Part shown: piece after piece, positions 20,886 through 26,982 of the stretch
Layout: every line of letters starts with the position of its first letter
Numbering within the stretch: position 1 is the first letter of the stretch
From: Tubiluchus corallicola
Taxonomy: Eukaryota > Animalia > Priapulida
Direction of reading: 5' to 3'
Assembly: GCA_030141605.1 (NCBI GenBank)
Contig: JAQGDQ010001745.1
Span: 1-26,982, forward strand
Length of the DNA: 26,982 nt
The notes under the pieces: generated by a model
The model's database searches: none
The model's input: only the letters and a program-made list of their open reading frames with translations
Told to the model about the DNA's origin: nothing
Translations under genes and position numbers: made by a program

Positions 20886-21952
20886 GCCTACCTGCCTACC
20901 TGTATAAGGATTTACTTATTTGCCTACCTATCTGTTTATTTACCCGCCTATCTACACACCTACCTACCTACGTACTTGCCTACCTACCTACCTGCCTACC
21001 TACCTACCTACTTGACTTATCTAACTGCCTACCTACTTACCTACCTACCTGCCTACCTACTTGACTTACCTACCTACCTGCCTACCTGCCTACCTACTTG
21101 ACTTATCTAACTGCCTACCTACCTACCTACCTACTTGACTTACCTACTTGACTTACCTACTTACCTACCTACCTACCTACCTACTTGACTTACCTACTTA
21201 CCTACCTACCTGCCTACCTACTTGTCTTACCTACCTGCCTACCTACCTACTTGTCTTACCTACCTGCCTACCTACCTGCCTACCTACCTACTTGTCTTAC
21301 CTACCTGCCTACCTACTTACCTGCCTACCCACCTACCTACTTCACTTACCTACCCTGCACACCTACGTACCTAGTTGACTTACCTACCTGCCTACCTACC
21401 TACCTACCTGCCTACCTACCTACCTACCTGCCTACCTACCTACTTGTCTTACCTACCGCGTAACTACCTACCTGCCTACCTACTTACCTGCCTACCCACC
21501 TACCTACTTCATGTACTTCACTTACCTACCCTGCACACCTACGTACCTAGTTGATTTACCTACCTGCCTACCTACCTACCTACCTGCCTACCTACCTACT
21601 TGTCTTACCTACCTGCCTACCTACCTACTGGTTTAACCTACCTGCCTACCTACTTACCTGCCTACCTACCTACTTGTCTTACCTACCGCCTAACTACCTA
21701 CCTACCTACCTGCCTACCTACCTACTTGTTTAACCTACCTGCCTAACTACCTACCTACTTACCTGCCTACCCACCTATCTACTTCACTTACCTACCCTGC
21801 ATACCTACTTACCTACTTGTATATCGACTTACCTACCTGCCTCCCTACCTACATATCTACTTACCTATCTAATAAACCTTTCTACCTAAATACCCATCTA
21901 CCTACGTATCCACCTATCAACCTGGCTGCCTGCCTGCCTGTCTACCTGCCTA
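20886..21952. repeat. Degenerate (ACCT)n tetranucleotide microsatellite
   Basis: CCTA/CCTG/CTTA units with recurring longer blocks. Confidence 0.97.
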
Positions 21953-22619
21953 TTTTGCTATCCATTCACCTGCATTTCTTCGCCTCTACTTTGAAAAGGT
22001 TAACCACATCACCTTATGAAAGCTAGCTTACTAAGCAGAACAACTAAACAATAGAAATTAGCAAAGTTTAACAGTTAATTAACATTCCAGCATGCCAACA
22101 ATAGACAATGTACAACAATGTGCAACAATAGACAATGTGCAACTATTACCAAACTGTACCAACACAATCATGTAATTTAAATATCATAGACATTTATTTT
22201 CTCCAAATGTGTCACAAATTTCCATTTTACGAAAAAAAACTTTATCCGTGGAGATGGGGCGAGGAAAGGGCGTAGGTCATCTAGTCACTAACCCCTCATA
22301 ATTTAATATTGATGACAGAAAAAAGAATCGATGACACAGGATGGAATTATTGTTAATTACTTAAATAAACTAATCAAAATAAAGCAATAACAAAAAGAAA
22401 ATATAAAAACAAACACAACGACAATAACAACAATAAGAACAACAACAATAACAATAGCAACAAGTGTGTTTATAGCAATAGCAAACGATAGCCATTGTTT
22501 ATAAACTAATTTTTAGATATAAACAGTGGTAAAATAAAATGACGATAAAATAATCACAATGTCGTAATTTATGTAGATTTATGTATCAAAAAATACCGAG
22601 TCTATTATAGTAAATTGTG

Positions 22620-23057
22620 TTAATCCTTTCAGTCCCAAATTATTTTTTAATATGAAAAAAATTTTTGGCTTGGTACTTTGTTACCAATGTATCCTGTGGG
22701 ACACACAACATTCTTTGTCATATGCAAAAAAGTCCGATTTTTTTAAAAACACAAAAAAAGTAAAAAATGTGCTTCATTTTGCAACAGCTGATAATTTTTT
22801 AAAGTATTTAAGACATTTAGTATGCATGCTATGCTGATCTGTACAAAGTCGTCTCTAAACTACTGTACCTTGCGCAGTTTTTTATGCTATGTAGATTTTC
22901 TAGTTTGCCATTTTATCACCATTTTAGTCTGTTGTTATTGGCTTAAATCAAAATAACTATTAACAGATCAAATAACTGTCAGTTTAAAATTGTATTAATT
23001 TTAAAGGCAGAAAATATTCTCGTATCCCACGGGATACAAAGGGTATGAAAACGTTAA
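22620..23057. mobile_element. piggyBac-like MITE (~430 bp) between TTAA sites
   Basis: TTAA|TCCTTTCAGTCCC ... GGGTATGAAAACG|TTAA imperfect TIRs; internal inverted motifs GTATCCTGTGGGACAC (22689) and GTATCCCACGGGATAC (23022). Confidence 0.6.
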
Positions 23058-23539
23058 TGTGATATAAAAAACATGTAATTATGGAACCATTCACATAATG
23101 AGATGACTTGAAATAAGAGGCTTAGGCAGAAATGAATGGCTTAACCTTGAAAAACTTATTCGAATCATACTGAGTAAATAGCTCTAAACTATCAATAGTT
23201 AAAAATGTGTAATTTTATACTTTAGAAAAGTTCTTAATCCTGTAAATGCTATTTATGCTTGAATGCTTAGGCTTGAATGTGCCTAGGTTTCTCAGTTAGT
23301 TATCTAAAGCTGTCTGTATCTCCTTTAACAATAAGTTATACAATAAACAAGTTTAGATAAACAAACGTATATAAATAAGTTTAGATAAACAAAGTTACGT
23401 AATATTATACAAAATGGTAGTACAATCCAACAACTAATTAAATTTTGATAACAAAGACAGGAAGACTTGGCATTAAAATGATTAGTTCAAAATGCTAAGG
23501 AAACTTTCCTTAGTGGTCTGTGGTAAATTGTCTGATGGT

Positions 23540-23980
23540 CTATTGCTATTGCTATTAATATTACTATTACTTATATTATTACTATTGCTATTGCTATTAA
23601 TATTACTATTACTTATATTATTACTATTGCTATTGCTATTAATATTACTATTACTTATATTATTACTATTGCTGTTGCTATGGCTATTACTATTACTTAT
23701 ACTATTACCGTTGCTATTACTATTACAATTGCTATTGCTATTGCTATTGCCATTGCTATTACTATTGCTATTGCTATTACTATTACAATTGTTATTGCTA
23801 TTACTATTAATATTACTATTGCAATTACTATTGCTATTGCTATTACTACTACTATTGGTATTACAATTACTATTACTATTACTATTGCTATTACTATTAC
23901 TATTACTATTACTATTGCTATTGCTATTGCTATTGCTATTGCTGTTGCTATTGCTATTGCTATTGCTATTGCTATTGCTA

Positions 23981-24015
<35 letters not shown>

Positions 24016-24318
24016 ATTCTATTGCTATTGCTATTGCTATTACTATTACTATTACTATTACTATTACTATTACTATTACTATTACTATTACTATTACTAT
24101 TACTATTACTATTACTATTACTATTGTTATTGCTATTGCTATTGCTATTGCTATTGCTATGGCTATTGCTATTGCTATTACTATTACTATTGCTATTGCT
24201 ATTGCTATTGCTATTGCTATTGCTATTGCTATTGCTATTACTATTACTATTAATATTACTATTGCAATTACTATTGCTATTGCTATTACTATTATTGCTA
24301 CTAATACTATTATTATTT
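23540..24318. repeat. (TATTGC/TATTAC)n hexanucleotide microsatellite
   Basis: Direct reading; a 45-bp block repeats about three times at the left end. Confidence 0.97.
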
Positions 24319-24706
24319 GACGTTTCAAATATTTTTTAAAAATACTTATAAATTTACTGCTTAAAGGAATATTAATATTAATCCATCGTGTCATACTAAG
24401 AATCTATTATAATCTAGAATTGAACATGATTAGTTAAGACCCTTCGTACACAGAACACACTAATATAGCATGTCAGCATGGATACAGACGTCTACCTACC
24501 TAGCTCTGCTACTGTAAAATCAATACTGTCTCTCTTGAATCACAACCACGTAATAATCCTATATCTTTTAACATAATCACATTTTACATCACAGTCGCGA
24601 TGCAATATCACATATCAACGTATCATCGTCACGTTCAAATGTCACCCGAATCTCAGGTGTGTAATACCCTTAACCGAAACAAGGTGCCTGTAGCGTGACT
24701 AAGCTG

Positions 24707-24820
24707 TGACGTCACGTGCCAGATATGGTAAAATGCAATCAGTCAGCTGGTACAGGTGAGCCGAGGTCGGTACGCTGGCAGCTGACGCCTTACACCTGGT
24801 GTTGCACGTGCTGCCAGCTG
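24707..24820. promoter_or_regulatory. Candidate enhancer/promoter: one CRE plus seven GC-core E-boxes
   Basis: TGACGTCA 24707; CACGTG 24713 and 24805; CAGCTG 24744, 24779 and 24815; CAGGTG 24753; CACCTG 24793. Confidence 0.55.
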
Positions 24821-25142
24821 TTGTCAGAGTTGAGAAATTCGTAAGTTTACAGTAACAATTGCGTTTGTCTGTTAATAATGTATTGTTGATGGTGTGGGCT
24901 TTTGTCTCAGTGAAACTGATACTTGAATATCTTAGTTCATTGTTTTGTCAGCTGCCTCCATGTCAAGCCATTGGCTGTAATACGACTGTGAAACGTATTA
25001 AAGGAGAAGATAACGCTATATTGAAGAATATTTTTCCGTTCAAAATTATGTTACATAGCAGAACGCTTACCCGCTTCAAAGACTTGTAATGTAATTTGCA
25101 AAAAAAATGTTAATTATTTATTTTTTAATATTTGCGCCACCG

Positions 25143-26593
25143 GAAGGGTATTTTAAAGTATTTCCTTTTGGTATTTATTTAAAAGGGAAGAAAGGGGAAT
25201 TTTAATGTCTTTCCTTTTGGTATTTATTTAAAAGGGAAGAAAGGGGAATTTTAATGTCTTTCCTTTTGGTATTTATTTAAAAGGTGAAGAAAGAGGGATT
25301 TTAAAGTATTTCCTTTTGGTATTTATTTAAAAGGTGGAGAAAAGGGAATTTTAATGTATTTCTTTTGGTATTTATATAAAAGGTGAAGAAAAGGGAATTT
25401 TAATGCATTTCTTTTGGTATTTATATAAAAGGGAAGAAATGGGGATTTTAATGTATTTCCTTTTGGTATTTATTTAAAAGGGAAGAAATGGGGATTTTAA
25501 AGTATTTCCTTTTGGTATTTATTTAAAAGGTGAAGAAAAGGGAATTTTAAAGTATTTCCTTTTGGTATTTATTTAAAAGGTGAAGAAAAGAGAATTTTAA
25601 TGTATTTCTTTTGGTATTTATTTAAAAGGGAAGAAAGGGGAATTTTAATGTATTTCATTTTGGTATTTATTTAAAAGGTGAAGAAAAGGGAATTTTAATG
25701 TATTTACTTTTGGTATTTATTTAAAAGGTGAAGAAAAGGGAATTTTAAAGTATTTCCTTTTGGTATTTATTTAAAAGGTGAAGAAAGGGGGATTGCAAAG
25801 TATTTCCTTTTGGTATTTATTTAAAAGGTGAAGAAAGGGGGATTTTAAAGTATTTCCTTTTGGTATTTATTTAAAAGGTGAAGAAAGGGGGATTTTAATG
25901 TATTTTTGGTATTTATTTAAAAGGTGAAGAAAGGGGGATTTTAATGTATTTACTTTTGGTATTTATTTAAAAGGTGAAGAAAGGGGGATTTTAAAGTATT
26001 TCCTTTTGGTATTTATTTAAAAGGTGAAGAAAGGGGGATTTTAATGTATTTCCTTTTGGTATTTATTTAAAAGGTGAAGAAAGGGGGATTGTAAAGTATT
26101 TCCTTTTGGTATTTATTTAAAAGGTGAAGAAAGGGGGATTTTAATGTATTTTTGGTATTTATTGAAAAAGTGAAAAAAAGAGAATTTTAATGTATTTCCT
26201 TTTGGTAATTATTTAAAAGGGAAGAAAAGGGAATTTTAATGTATTTCCTTTTGGTATTTATTTAAAAGGTGAAGAAAAGGGAATTGTAAAGTATTTCCTT
26301 TTGGTATTTATTTAAAAGGTGAAGAAAGGGGGATTGTAAAGTATTTCCTTTTGGTATTTATTTAAAAGGTGAAGAAAGGGGGATTGTAAAGTATTTCCTT
26401 TTGGTATTTATTTAAAAGGTGAAGAAAGGGGGATTTTAATGTATTTTTTGTATTTATTGAAAAAGTGAAGAAAAGAGAATTTTAATGTATTTCCTTTTGG
26501 TAATTATTTAAAAGGGAAGAAAAGGGAATTTTAATGTATTTCCTTTTGGTATTTATTTAAAAGGAAAGACAGGGGAATTTTAATGTATTTCCC
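25143..26593. repeat. ~50-bp AT-rich tandem satellite, ~29 copies
   Basis: Unit TATTTCCTTTTGGTATTTATTTAAAAGGTGAAGAAAGGGGGATTTTAAAG; period 50 at 25751, 25801 and 25851. Confidence 0.97.
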
Positions 26594-26899
26594 AAAATAT
26601 TTTATATCTAAAGTTATATTTTTTAAAACTTCATTTTCTGTTTGAACTGTTTTAAAGGATTTGCTAATTGAAAGTGAAAATTTTTAATAATTTATAATAA
26701 TCGTGCCACCTGGTAAAACGTCACTGTACCACTATCCCAGTGTGCAATGCAGGCTCACCCAAAATATATGATTGATCTTATTGACAACATAAAGTAACTT
26801 AAACTTTCCCTTGATTAGCAAAAAGTGGCCTACGAATGCTCTGATTATTTTCAAAATTAACGCAATGTTATCTAAATTTGTTTAAAACGTCTTACGCCA

Positions 26900-26901
<2 letters not shown>

Positions 26902-26982
<81 letters not shown>
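26902..26982. repeat. (CT)n microsatellite, runs off the right edge
   Basis: Direct reading. Confidence 0.98.

Noticed and set aside
20819-22026. LPTY-repeat ORFs
   Set aside because: (ACCT)n microsatellite translations
23200-23535. Possible LINE 3' remnant on the minus strand (DNLPQTTKES)
   Set aside because: Too short and lacks the Trp of the WNxLP motif
23492-24394. Poly-L, IA and YC ORFs
   Set aside because: Hexanucleotide microsatellite translations

Overview
This is AT-rich animal (probably invertebrate) genomic DNA, and by hand tally about 45% of it is tandem repeat. There is one well-supported gene: an intronless rhodopsin-like (class A) GPCR on the minus strand (4974-6602). Two tandem repeats sit in the gene itself. 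(i) Its third intracellular loop holds exactly 19 copies of a 35-bp unit, so the protein cycles through all three frames of the unit and only copy numbers of 1 mod 3 keep TM6/TM7 in frame; several unit variants recur at 105-bp (3-unit) spacing. (ii) Its last 17 codons, stop codon and first 3'UTR bases are amplified ninefold as a 75-bp repeat, giving variant C-terminal 'cassettes', two of them with TGA changed to CGA. The gene lies inside a large inverted repeat: two ~590-bp arms, each joined to a 51-bp satellite array (1-1179 and 9011-11330). The rest is non-autonomous elements (hAT-like, piggyBac-like and foldback-like elements, and a TRIM-like mini LTR element with a tRNA-Leu primer-binding site), many mini- and microsatellites, a candidate 73-nt minus-strand exon and a dense E-box/CRE cluster. 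I found no rRNA, intact tRNA or CRISPR. Almost all other ORFs in the track are by-products of repeats. All counts and identities were made by eye.
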